Program-made: the position numbers and the translations under genes
Shown here: positions 55,368-64,000 of the stretch, in pieces
Layout: every line of letters begins with the position of its first letter
Position numbering within the stretch: position 1 is the stretch's first letter
The notes under the pieces: generated by a model
Database searches by the model: none
Seen by the model: only the letters and a program-made list of their open reading frames with translations
Told to the model about the DNA's origin: nothing
NCBI GenBank assembly: GCA_045126575.1
Contig: JBGVOQ010000006.1
Span: forward strand, 36,498 to 100,497
DNA: 64,000 nt
DNA from: Candidatus Onthoplasma sp.
GTDB taxonomy: Bacteria > Bacillota > Clostridia > Christensenellales > UBA1242
Direction of reading: 5' to 3'

Positions 55368-57275
55368 ATGAAACTTAAAAAATTTTACAATCTTTTTTCT
55401 TTTCATAGGCGAGTATTTATACTATTGCTAGCATTTATAATGATATTTAGCATGATTTTTTTTAGGCTAGGATATTTGCAGTTAATTAAAGGTAAGGATA
55501 TGCAAGTATTAGCGGCTAGCCAGTGGCTTAGGGACCTTCCGCTTTCAGCAAAACGTGGAGATATAATGGACCGTAATGGAGTATTGCTGGCTACTACTGA
55601 AACCACATACGATATATATGTACGTGCCCGTAGTGTAGATAATCCATCAGAACTTACTAAACTGTTAGCCGAAAGTTTAAATTTGCAGTATGACAAAACA
55701 TATACCAAGGTTACCAACAAGTCGGTGTCTGAAACGCTAATTAAATTGCAAGTAGACGAGAAAACGGCTCTTAATATTGCTTCATCTGGATTTAAAGGCG
55801 TGTATCTATCGCAAAATGTTGGCAGAGTATATCCATATTCTAGCCTACTTACGCAAGTAATGGGATTTTGTTCGATTGATAACGTTGGTCAAACGGGTTT
55901 AGAAAGTTATTATGACAAATACCTAAAGGGTGTAGACGGTAAAAGTCTTGTTCAAACCAATGCTCAAGGGTTGGAACTGGAAAATAGTTTGGGCTATTAT
56001 ATCCCGAGCATAGCAGGCGCTAATTTAACCACAACAATTGATGTATCGCTTCAAATAATTTTGGAAAAATATTTACACCAAGCCCTAATTGAACACAAGG
56101 CTCAAGGTGTAACTGGTATAATTCTTGATGCAACCAATGGCGATATTTTGGCTATGAGTAATTTACCGGATTTTGACCTTAACAACGTCCCTCGTGACGA
56201 TTTAAATAGCCTATTTTCAACTAGTAAAAATAAATCGGTTGTGGATGTTTACGAGCCTGGCAGTACATTTAAAATTATCACTATGGCAGCGGCATTAAAT
56301 GAGGGTTTAACTAATGTAGATGAAAGATTTTATTGCGGTGGAAGTTGCAGCGTTGACGGTGAGCGTATTAAATGTTGGCGAACTCAAGGCCATGGCTCAC
56401 AAACGTTAGTGGAAGGCTTTAAAAATAGTTGTAACTGTGTGTTTGTTAACCTTGCGCTTAGATTAGGGGTTGACAAACTATATCAATATATGGAACTTTG
56501 CGGTGTAGGACAGAAAACGGGCGTTGATATTTCAAGCGAAAGTTCAGGCATTGTTATGAGTAAAAACCTAGTTAAAAATGTTGACCTTGCACGTATAGGA
56601 TTTGGTCAATCGGTGGCGGTTACTAGTTTACAGTTAAGCAATATTTTTAGTTTTATTACTAGCGGTAAATCGTATACTCCACATTTGGTTAATAGCATAA
56701 GTGCAGGCGGTAAATTGCTATATAACTATACTCCAACAAGTAAAACCACACAATTAAAATCTAGTACGGTCGATATTATTAATAGTATGCTTTCAAACAA
56801 CATAAATACTGATAGCAAATATACCTTTGTTCCTGGCTATGATGTTGGTGGTAAAACTGGTACTGCACAAAAGTTTAAGGACGGTGCGCTTGCGGTGGGT
56901 AAGTACGTATCCAGTTTTATTGGTATATATCCTACGAAAAGTCCTAAATATGTGGTGTTTATAAGCGTAGATGAGCCGTCCAATGGGGTGTATTATGGTG
57001 GAATGGTAGCAAAGCCAATTGGTCAACAAGTGTTTAGCGAAATGTTTAGTGTTAAGAACATATCGCCTGACGATCAATCTCAACTGGATAATCAACCTAA
57101 TATTTCAATGCCGGATTTGATAGGCAAAACAGTGGCGGACGCTTCCGGCACGTTAAAATATTTGGGATTAAATGCCAATATTGAAGGCCTTGGCGGATAT
57201 GTTATTAATCAGTTGCCAAGTGCTGGAACCAAAATTTTTACCGGTGAAGAAGTGTTAATATTTACAAATGATTAA
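55368..57275 (+). CDS. Class B penicillin-binding protein (PBP2B/SpoVD-like) with a C-terminal PASTA domain
   Basis: STFK, SCN, KTGTA motifs; PASTA-like MPDLIGKTVADA... Confidence 0.9.
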   Translation: MKLKKFYNLFSFHRRVFILLLAFIMIFSMIFFRLGYLQLIKGKDMQVLAASQWLRDLPLSAKRGDIMDRNGVLLATTETTYDIYVRARSVDNPSELTKLLAESLNLQYDKTYTKVTNKSVSETLIKLQVDEKTALNIASSGFKGVYLSQNVGRVYPYSSLLTQVMGFCSIDNVGQTGLESYYDKYLKGVDGKSLVQTNAQGLELENSLGYYIPSIAGANLTTTIDVSLQIILEKYLHQALIEHKAQGVTGIILDATNGDILAMSNLPDFDLNNVPRDDLNSLFSTSKNKSVVDVYEPGSTFKIITMAAALNEGLTNVDERFYCGGSCSVDGERIKCWRTQGHGSQTLVEGFKNSCNCVFVNLALRLGVDKLYQYMELCGVGQKTGVDISSESSGIVMSKNLVKNVDLARIGFGQSVAVTSLQLSNIFSFITSGKSYTPHLVNSISAGGKLLYNYTPTSKTTQLKSSTVDIINSMLSNNINTDSKYTFVPGYDVGGKTGTAQKFKDGALAVGKYVSSFIGIYPTKSPKYVVFISVDEPSNGVYYGGMVAKPIGQQVFSEMFSVKNISPDDQSQLDNQPNISMPDLIGKTVADASGTLKYLGLNANIEGLGGYVINQLPSAGTKIFTGEEVLIFTND

Positions 57276-57299
57276 TATAATATGATATCGAGGTGAAAT

Positions 57300-58778
57300 A
57301 TGGAATTAAAACAAATTATACAGGATTTACCATTTAAGGGGATAAAAAACTATCAAAATATACAGATCGATAATTTAACTAATTCAAGCATAACTGATAC
57401 GCAGAATGCAATTTATTTTTGTCTAAAAGGCAGTAAAGTTGATGGTCACGATTTTGCTGCCCAGGCAGTAGAAAATGGCGCAAAATGTTTAGTGGTAGAG
57501 CATTATTTAGATTTACCAGTGCCTCAGATTTTGGTGGATAATAGCCGCAAGGCAATGAGTACTATTAGTGCTAAATTCTATGATTTTGATAAGTCTAATA
57601 TCAAGTTTATTGGTGTTACAGGGACTAATGGCAAAACCACCACAGCCTTTACAACACGCCATATTTTACAAAATTTAGGGCATAAAGTGGGCATGATAGG
57701 AACCGAAGGCACATATATAGGCGATATTAAAATCCCAACCACATTAACCACACCGGACCCTATCAAATTGCATAAAGTTATCCATGATATGGACCAAAAT
57801 GGAGTGGATTATGTTGTAATGGAAGTGTCTGCACATGCGCTTGCGCTAAATAAGGTGGATAGTATTACGTATGATGTTGCTGGCATAACCAATATCACGC
57901 AGGACCATCTAGACTATTTTAAATCTATGGAAAATTATGCAAGAGCAAAAGCCGAGTTGTTTACATATAAACATGCAAAAAGTGCAATAATAAACATTGA
58001 CGATAAGTACACTCGTGCAATACAGCGTAAAACTGAAATGGACACAACTTCACTATCGTTAAAACGTCCTGCTGATATAATGGTAGAAGGCACTAACCTT
58101 GGAACATCTAACACACAAGCGGTTATAAATGTAGATGGTAAGCGCTATATGCTAAATAGTTCGCTAGTAGGTGAGTATAATCTTGCCAATGCGCTTATGG
58201 CGGTTGGATTTTGTAAGGAACTTGGCTTTGAGATGGCGGATATTTTACAAGCGCTAGGTCAAGGTCAAATTATAGTCCCTGGCAGATTAAACACTATCAA
58301 AACGCCTAATGGCAATACTGTGGTTATCGACTATGCGCACACGCCTGACGGAATGCAAAAAATATTAGGAACTCTTAGCAAAATTAATCAAGGTAAACTA
58401 ATAACAGTATTTGGTTGTGGCGGCAATCGTGATAAGGGTAAACGCTGTCAAATGGGTGAAATTGCTAGCCTTATGAGCGATTATGTGGTTATAACCAGCG
58501 ACAACCCTCGCAACGAAAATCCATACGACATTATGGAGGATATCAATAAGGGTGTAAAGGGAAGAAAATATATCAATATTGAAAATCGTGAACAGGCTAT
58601 TTGTTATGCGCTAGATAGGGCGGGTAAAGGCGATATAATTGCAATACTTGGCAAGGGTAACGAGCCGTATCAGGAAATTGATGGTGTTAAATATCCTTAT
58701 AGCGATTATAAAGTTGTAGACGATTATTTTGCTAGGATTACACAAGATGAAGAAGTAGATGAATATAAGCTAAAGTAA
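57300..58778 (+). CDS. murE: UDP-N-acetylmuramoyl-L-alanyl-D-glutamate--2,6-diaminopimelate ligase
   Basis: GVTGTNGKTT; DNPR motif (meso-DAP type). Confidence 0.95.
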   Translation: MELKQIIQDLPFKGIKNYQNIQIDNLTNSSITDTQNAIYFCLKGSKVDGHDFAAQAVENGAKCLVVEHYLDLPVPQILVDNSRKAMSTISAKFYDFDKSNIKFIGVTGTNGKTTTAFTTRHILQNLGHKVGMIGTEGTYIGDIKIPTTLTTPDPIKLHKVIHDMDQNGVDYVVMEVSAHALALNKVDSITYDVAGITNITQDHLDYFKSMENYARAKAELFTYKHAKSAIINIDDKYTRAIQRKTEMDTTSLSLKRPADIMVEGTNLGTSNTQAVINVDGKRYMLNSSLVGEYNLANALMAVGFCKELGFEMADILQALGQGQIIVPGRLNTIKTPNGNTVVIDYAHTPDGMQKILGTLSKINQGKLITVFGCGGNRDKGKRCQMGEIASLMSDYVVITSDNPRNENPYDIMEDINKGVKGRKYINIENREQAICYALDRAGKGDIIAILGKGNEPYQEIDGVKYPYSDYKVVDDYFARITQDEEVDEYKLK

Positions 58779-58790
58779 AGGGGAACGGAT

Positions 58791-59798
58791 ATGATAAAAT
58801 TGATTGGTGGATTTTTACTAAGTTTTTTAGTAGGGGTAATCTTGATGCCTTTTATAATCAGGTTAATACGCAAATTAAGTTGCTCCCAAACCATATTAAA
58901 GTACGTAGAAGTTCACCAATCAAAACAAGGCACTCCTACAATGGGTGGGGTAGTATTCTTTGTAACTACACTTATTGTTGCGGTGTGCTTAATGGATTAT
59001 AGCACGCCTCTTGCAATGTGTTTTGGCGTTGGTTTGGGTTTTGCTATCATAGGTTTTATGGACGATTTTATCAAGGTTAAACTTAAGCAAAACCTAGGCC
59101 TAAGGCCTTATCAAAAAATTATTGGACAAGTTGGCATCGCTGTGATATTGGCTTTTTATATCTACTATTTCTCACCTAACAAGGGGATTATATATCTGCC
59201 ATTTACATTCAAGGCAATCGACCTTGGATTTTGGATTATTCCGCTTGTAATTGTGGTATGCCTTGCCACAACCAATAGCGTTAATCTAACCGATGGACTT
59301 GATGGGCTTGCAGGTGGTGTTAGCGTGGTGTATAGCGGAATATTTATTGCACTAATCAGCATATTTATAGGCCTATCATTTAATGCTGGCGAAAGTGACA
59401 TATTTGTAAGTATGTACAGCGATATCAGGCTACTGCTTGCAATATTTATGGCATCAATTATGGCGTTTTTGGTGTTCAACACCAATAAGGCAAGTATATT
59501 TATGGGCGACGTTGGTTCGCTTGGTATTGGAGGATTGTTTGCATCTACTGCTTGTATTATGGGATTTGAGTTAATGCTAGCAATCGTAGGTATTATGTTT
59601 GTATTAAGTGCATTATCTGTAATAGTACAAGTTGTATATTTTAAAAAGACTAAAGGTAAACGAATATTTAAAATGGCGCCAATACATCACCACTTTCAAA
59701 TGTGCGGATATACCGAGGCAAAAATTGGTTACATTTACCAAATCATAACCCTAATGGTAGGATTGGTAACAATTATGTTAACATTATTTTTTGTGTAG
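58791..59798 (+). CDS. mraY: Phospho-N-acetylmuramoyl-pentapeptide transferase
   Basis: GTPTMGG, NLTDGLDGLA, MGDVGSLGIGG, PIHHHF. Confidence 0.95.
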   Translation: MIKLIGGFLLSFLVGVILMPFIIRLIRKLSCSQTILKYVEVHQSKQGTPTMGGVVFFVTTLIVAVCLMDYSTPLAMCFGVGLGFAIIGFMDDFIKVKLKQNLGLRPYQKIIGQVGIAVILAFYIYYFSPNKGIIYLPFTFKAIDLGFWIIPLVIVVCLATTNSVNLTDGLDGLAGGVSVVYSGIFIALISIFIGLSFNAGESDIFVSMYSDIRLLLAIFMASIMAFLVFNTNKASIFMGDVGSLGIGGLFASTACIMGFELMLAIVGIMFVLSALSVIVQVVYFKKTKGKRIFKMAPIHHHFQMCGYTEAKIGYIYQIITLMVGLVTIMLTLFFV

Positions 59799-59839
59799 TT
59801 GTGAGTTATAAATTTATGGCATAATTAATATAATAACGT

Positions 59840-60946
59840 ATGATTAAGTCGTATAAAAATACAATTATTATTAGTGTGTGTACAATAATTTTGGTTAGTG
59901 TTGGTGTGGTGATGGTGTACAGTGCCAGCAAGTATTCGGCACAAGCAAACTATGGCAACAAGTATTTTTATATGACCAAGCAGTTGATTGGTGCGGTGCT
60001 AGGATTGGGTGGCATGATAGGCACATCACTTATCAATCATAAGATTTACAAAAAGTTCTATCTGGTTGCCTATGGTATTGGCGTGGTGTTGCTTGCATTG
60101 TTATTTATCCCTGGACTTGCCAAAACCAGTTATGGTGCAACAAGGTGGATTAATCTAGGATTTTTTACAATTCAGCCCAGCGAAATTGCCAAGTTTTGTC
60201 TTGTGTTATTTTTAAGTGTGGCACTTACCAAGGGTAAGGATATCAATCAGCCCAGTAAATTGCTTACCGTTTTGATGGCTGGTGTGGTGTATTGCGTGCT
60301 AATTATGCTAGAACCTAATATGTCAATTACAATTTGTGTAGGACTTACACTGGTTGTAATGTTATTTATTGGTGGGCTTAACCTCAAAACCTTTGCAATA
60401 GGGGCAATACCTATAATTTTGTTGGGTGTTGGGCTGGTTATGCTGGAACCTTATCGAATGAAACGAATTGTGGCATTTATCGACCCATGGCAAAATCCGC
60501 TAGAGGAAGGCTATCAATTAATTCAATCCTTATATGCAATTTCAAGTGGCGGATTGTTTGGTGTGGGACTTGGTAATAGCCGTCAGGCACAACTATTTTT
60601 ACCATTTGCTGAAAGTGACTTTATATTTTCCATAATCTGTGAGGAGCTTGGCTTTATTGGTGGTGTGGCAATACTTTTAACCTACCTAACACTAATAATT
60701 ACAATCATCAAAGTTGGCATAAAGGCAAAAGACAACTACTCCAAATTCCTATGCATCGGCATTGCCTGCGTACTAGGTATCCAAACCGTCCTCAACGTCT
60801 GCGTAGTCTCCGGCTCAATCCCGCCAACTGGTTTGCCACTTCCGTTTATCAGTGCAGGTTCAACTTCTTTGCTTGTTTTTATGAGTGCTATCGGTGTCGT
60901 ATTGAATGTAGATAGGCAATCGCAGAAAAATTCAATTCAGCAGTGA
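59840..60946 (+). CDS. ftsW: SEDS-family peptidoglycan glycosyltransferase FtsW/SpoVE
   Basis: QPSEIAKF, ESDFIFS, LPFISAGSTSL. Confidence 0.9.
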   Translation: MIKSYKNTIIISVCTIILVSVGVVMVYSASKYSAQANYGNKYFYMTKQLIGAVLGLGGMIGTSLINHKIYKKFYLVAYGIGVVLLALLFIPGLAKTSYGATRWINLGFFTIQPSEIAKFCLVLFLSVALTKGKDINQPSKLLTVLMAGVVYCVLIMLEPNMSITICVGLTLVVMLFIGGLNLKTFAIGAIPIILLGVGLVMLEPYRMKRIVAFIDPWQNPLEEGYQLIQSLYAISSGGLFGVGLGNSRQAQLFLPFAESDFIFSIICEELGFIGGVAILLTYLTLIITIIKVGIKAKDNYSKFLCIGIACVLGIQTVLNVCVVSGSIPPTGLPLPFISAGSTSLLVFMSAIGVVLNVDRQSQKNSIQQ

Positions 60947-61029
60947 ATTACAAAAGAGTCAAAATGTATGCGAAATCGTATACATTTTTTATTCTTTTAT
61001 GATACAATAGAAAAAGTGGAGGTGTTAAT

Positions 61030-61596
61030 ATGGAATTAGAAAAAGAAGTAAGATTTCTTGTAGACGATGATATTTGGAATAAGGCACAAGAGATAACAAA
61101 GCCTTATAAAGACAAAGTCGAAATGCTAGATATTACTATGGGTGCATATGGACGAGAAAGTGTCGCAAAGACTGGAAAAGTGTTTAGGGTTAGAAAAAAA
61201 CCTAATAAAATTACTCTTGAAATAAAAAATCGAATTGCTGATGGCTGGCAGGAAGAAGCAATCGTTTTGGATTCAGTTAAAAGGGGAATAAGTTTTTTAA
61301 CTTTAGCGGGAATGAAGCCCTATTTATATATTGCGAGAACAAGGGAAGTGAAAAAATTTAAAGGTTTAAAAATCTTTTTTGACGATGTTGAGTTGCTGGG
61401 TAAATATATTGAGATAGAATATCAAGATAGTGAAGATGCTATGCCTGAATTGAAAGAATTTTGTTCGCTTTGTGGCATTGAAGGAGATGAACAACCTATG
61501 TATGGAGAAATTATTAATACAAAATATGACGAAGATATTGAATTTAGAAATGCTTTTGACAATAAACTAAAGTTATTAATAAACGAACATATTTAA
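61030..61596 (+). CDS. CYTH-domain protein (CyaB/class IV adenylate cyclase-thiamine triphosphatase family)
   Basis: ELEKEVRF N-terminal ExExK-type motif, YIEIEY. Confidence 0.75.
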   Translation: MELEKEVRFLVDDDIWNKAQEITKPYKDKVEMLDITMGAYGRESVAKTGKVFRVRKKPNKITLEIKNRIADGWQEEAIVLDSVKRGISFLTLAGMKPYLYIARTREVKKFKGLKIFFDDVELLGKYIEIEYQDSEDAMPELKEFCSLCGIEGDEQPMYGEIINTKYDEDIEFRNAFDNKLKLLINEHI

Positions 61597-61742
61597 GATA
61601 TGGATGGTTTATATTTTTATTTAAAGAATTACTAGCCTGACCTAAATTTAAAATTTTTAATGTAAATGTATACAAATTGTCATCAAAATGTATACATTTT
61701 TTTTGTTTATGTGGTATAATTTAAGCATATAGGGGTGTAGGA

Positions 61743-63383
61743 ATGAAAAAAATATTGAGATTTTCTTTATTTTTCTGTTTATTGTTGATTTTAGGTGTTT
61801 GCACTGTATTGGGAGTACTCCATATTAAAGAACACTCAAAAAACGAAGTAGATATTTTAATTTTGTATGAAAATGATGTGCATTGCAATATTGATGGGTA
61901 TTCAAAGATTGCCGCTATGAAAGATGAATATAGTTCTATTATGGACTATGTGGGAGTGGTTTCTGTTGGAGATTTTATACAAGGTGGAAGCCTTGGGGTT
62001 GTATCACAAGGTGAGTATATCGTCGACCTTATGAATATGGTTGGGTATGATGCTATAACTCTTGGCAACCATGAGTTCGATTACAAGTTACCAAGATTGT
62101 CGGAACTAAGTTGTATGATGGATACAAAACCAGTGTGTTGTAACTTTGAAAAAATTGGGAAAGGAAGGAGCTTTTTTGAACCATACAATATTGTATCTTA
62201 TGGTGACGTGGATATAGCCTATATAGGGGTAACAACTCCATCAACAATTTCATCCTCAGTACCATATCAATTTAAAGACGAACAAGGTAACTATCTTTAT
62301 ACATTTAACGCTGAAAATTTATATGATGTCGTTCAAAAAAATATTGATGAGGCAAAAAGTAAAGGTGCAGATTATATAATTTGTCTTTCTCATATGGGAT
62401 ATTATGAAAATAGTCCTCAGCAAGATGTAACTGACTTGATTGAGAATACAAGCGGATTTGACGTTGTACTTGATGGACACTCACATACTATTATTGAAAA
62501 GATGATTATTGATGATAAAAAAGGCGATGATGTTATTTTGTCATCAACTGGTAGTAATTTTCAAAATATTGGTCAATTAAGAATTAAGGATGGCAATATT
62601 TCAACAAGCCTGGTAAAAACTGAAATATATGAAAAAACTAGTAGTGAAATAGATGGGCGTATTCAAACTATTGAAGAAGAATATGGAATATTGGGTAATC
62701 GTGTAATTGCAACAAGCGATATTAATTTGATTACTCATGACAAAGATGGTAATAGGATTATAAGAACAACCGAAACAAATCTTGGAAATCTTTGTGCAGA
62801 CGCATATAGATACGTAAGCGGAGCAAATATTAGTTATATTAACGGTGGCGGAATAAGGAAAGACATTAAGGCGGGGGACGTTACGTTTAATGATATATTA
62901 AATGTTTTCCCATTCAATGACCAACTGGTTGTTTGTGAGATTACCGGTGCGAAGTTGTTGGATATGCTTGAATTTACTATGAGTTCATATCCTAACGAGA
63001 ATGGGGCATTTCCCCATGTTTCAGGCATAATATTTTCATTTAATACTTCAATTTCATCTTCAGTAGTTAAAGATGCTAACGGAGTGTTTGCCGGGGTAGA
63101 TGGAGAGTATAGGGTTTATGATGTTAAAGTTTGGAATGACGCTACACTAAGGTATGAGGATTTAGATTTAGCAGGAACATATACGTTTGCTTCTCATGAT
63201 TATTTAATTATCGAGCAAGGCAGCGGTATGTCGATGTTTGAAGATGTTAAAATCATTCAACAAAACGGATTTTTAGATGTCGAAATATTGGAAAAATATA
63301 TAGTGGAAAATTTAAACAGACATATTGGCGAAGATTATAGTATTTTGAAAAAACATATTAATTTTACGGATGGCAAAAATTAA
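61743..63383 (+). CDS. Secreted/anchored bifunctional metallophosphatase/5'-nucleotidase (UshA/NadN family)
   Basis: N-terminal signal/TM, NDVHC, GDFIQG, GNHEFD, DGHSH, C-terminal 5'-nucleotidase domain. Confidence 0.85.
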   Translation: MKKILRFSLFFCLLLILGVCTVLGVLHIKEHSKNEVDILILYENDVHCNIDGYSKIAAMKDEYSSIMDYVGVVSVGDFIQGGSLGVVSQGEYIVDLMNMVGYDAITLGNHEFDYKLPRLSELSCMMDTKPVCCNFEKIGKGRSFFEPYNIVSYGDVDIAYIGVTTPSTISSSVPYQFKDEQGNYLYTFNAENLYDVVQKNIDEAKSKGADYIICLSHMGYYENSPQQDVTDLIENTSGFDVVLDGHSHTIIEKMIIDDKKGDDVILSSTGSNFQNIGQLRIKDGNISTSLVKTEIYEKTSSEIDGRIQTIEEEYGILGNRVIATSDINLITHDKDGNRIIRTTETNLGNLCADAYRYVSGANISYINGGGIRKDIKAGDVTFNDILNVFPFNDQLVVCEITGAKLLDMLEFTMSSYPNENGAFPHVSGIIFSFNTSISSSVVKDANGVFAGVDGEYRVYDVKVWNDATLRYEDLDLAGTYTFASHDYLIIEQGSGMSMFEDVKIIQQNGFLDVEILEKYIVENLNRHIGEDYSILKKHINFTDGKN

Positions 63384-63479
63384 CGTTAGTAGGTGAAACA
63401 AAATTTACTATCTTTAAAAAAATGCATGCAGTTAGTATGCATTTTTTAATTTATGTGTTATAATGAGGGTGTAGGTGGG

Positions 63480-64000
63480 ATGATGCGGAACTTTTTTAAG
63501 AATTGGAACTTATTTGAGATTTGTTTTTTTATTGGCAGTTTGCTTGCCCTTGTTTTATGCTTTGTATTTAGCGCTGATAAAAATGTGTTTTCATTTGTTG
63601 CATCTTTAATAGGAGTTTTGTCGGTTATAACGGTTGCAAAAGGGCTGGTTATTGCTCCATTTATTGATATTGTATACAATGTGCTATACGCCATTATATC
63701 TATATTCCAAGGGTATTATGGCGAATTGATTATTTATACCCTTATTATGATTCCTATTAGTGTTATGGCAATTATTTCATGGCGAAAAAATCGAAATAAA
63801 GATAACAAGGATATTGTTGAGGTTAACACCATAAGCCTTAAAGAATATATATATTTAACCATAGTGATGATTGTTGCTTCTGTGGGATTTTACTTTTTGT
63901 TAAAGGCTTTAAATACGAGCGAATTAGTGGTTAGCCTATTAGCATTTGTAACCTCAATAGTTGCTTCATATTTAATGCTTAGAAGATGTAGTTACTATGC
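63480..64000 (+). CDS. pnuC: Nicotinamide riboside transporter PnuC-like (partial, runs off the window)
   Basis: My own translation gives MMRNFFKNWNLFEICFF...VITVAKGLVIAPFIDIVYNVLYAIISIFQGYYGELI...ISWRKN. This polytopic PnuC-type pattern is not in the ORF track because the ORF is open-ended. Confidence 0.65.
   Translation, partial: MMRNFFKNWNLFEICFFIGSLLALVLCFVFSADKNVFSFVASLIGVLSVITVAKGLVIAPFIDIVYNVLYAIISIFQGYYGELIIYTLIMIPISVMAIISWRKNRNKDNKDIVEVNTISLKEYIYLTIVMIVASVGFYFLLKALNTSELVVSLLAFVTSIVASYLMLRRCSYY

Noticed and set aside
60960-63448. Similar hairpins aaaatgtat.cga/tcgtatacatttt (about 60964), aatgtatac/gtatacatt (about 61668) and atgcat-type (about 63413), considered as a dispersed repeat family
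   Set aside because: Each sits right after a stop codon and is followed by a T-run, so they are ordinary intrinsic terminators. The similarity is short and AT-rich.

Overview
This window looks like a chromosomal segment from a low-GC, endospore-forming Bacillota (Clostridia-like) genome; the evidence is yqfC/yqfD, ylmC, a SpoVD/SpoVE-type dcw cluster and pta-ackA. Most of it is housekeeping: murG; a tRNA cluster; an M16 peptidase; RNase J; the trmR-like/U32 tRNA-modification pair; a lipid kinase; nfeD-floA-yqfC-yqfD-ybeY-era-recO; nrdR; an ABC-F ATPase; feoAB; der-plsY; pta-ackA; rsmH-ftsL-pbp-murE-mraY-ftsW; and CYTH/5'-nucleotidase/pnuC. There are three accessory parts. (1) At 1-5.7 kb lies an AT-rich integrated mobilizable-type island. 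It carries a large serine recombinase, an HUH rolling-circle Rep/relaxase flanked by long DNA hairpins, an XRE switch with three operators, and a cargo pair. The cargo is a SLOG/YpsA-like protein plus a 532-aa 2TM multidomain protein, my best candidate for an undescribed conflict module. (2) Two giant BspA-type LRR surface proteins (2270 and 1856 aa) share a near-identical promoter, operator palindrome, 5' UTR, termini and 3' motif. (3) A set of orphan genes. RNA and regulatory observations include a yybP-ykoY-like Mn2+ riboswitch driving two small Cys-motif secreted proteins, a chimeric tRNA-Lys(UUU)-like element, a divergent DAC-fold protein, and several probable leaderless promoters. No CRISPR array, rRNA or reverse transcriptase was seen. 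All homology calls come from motif reading by eye and need profile searches.
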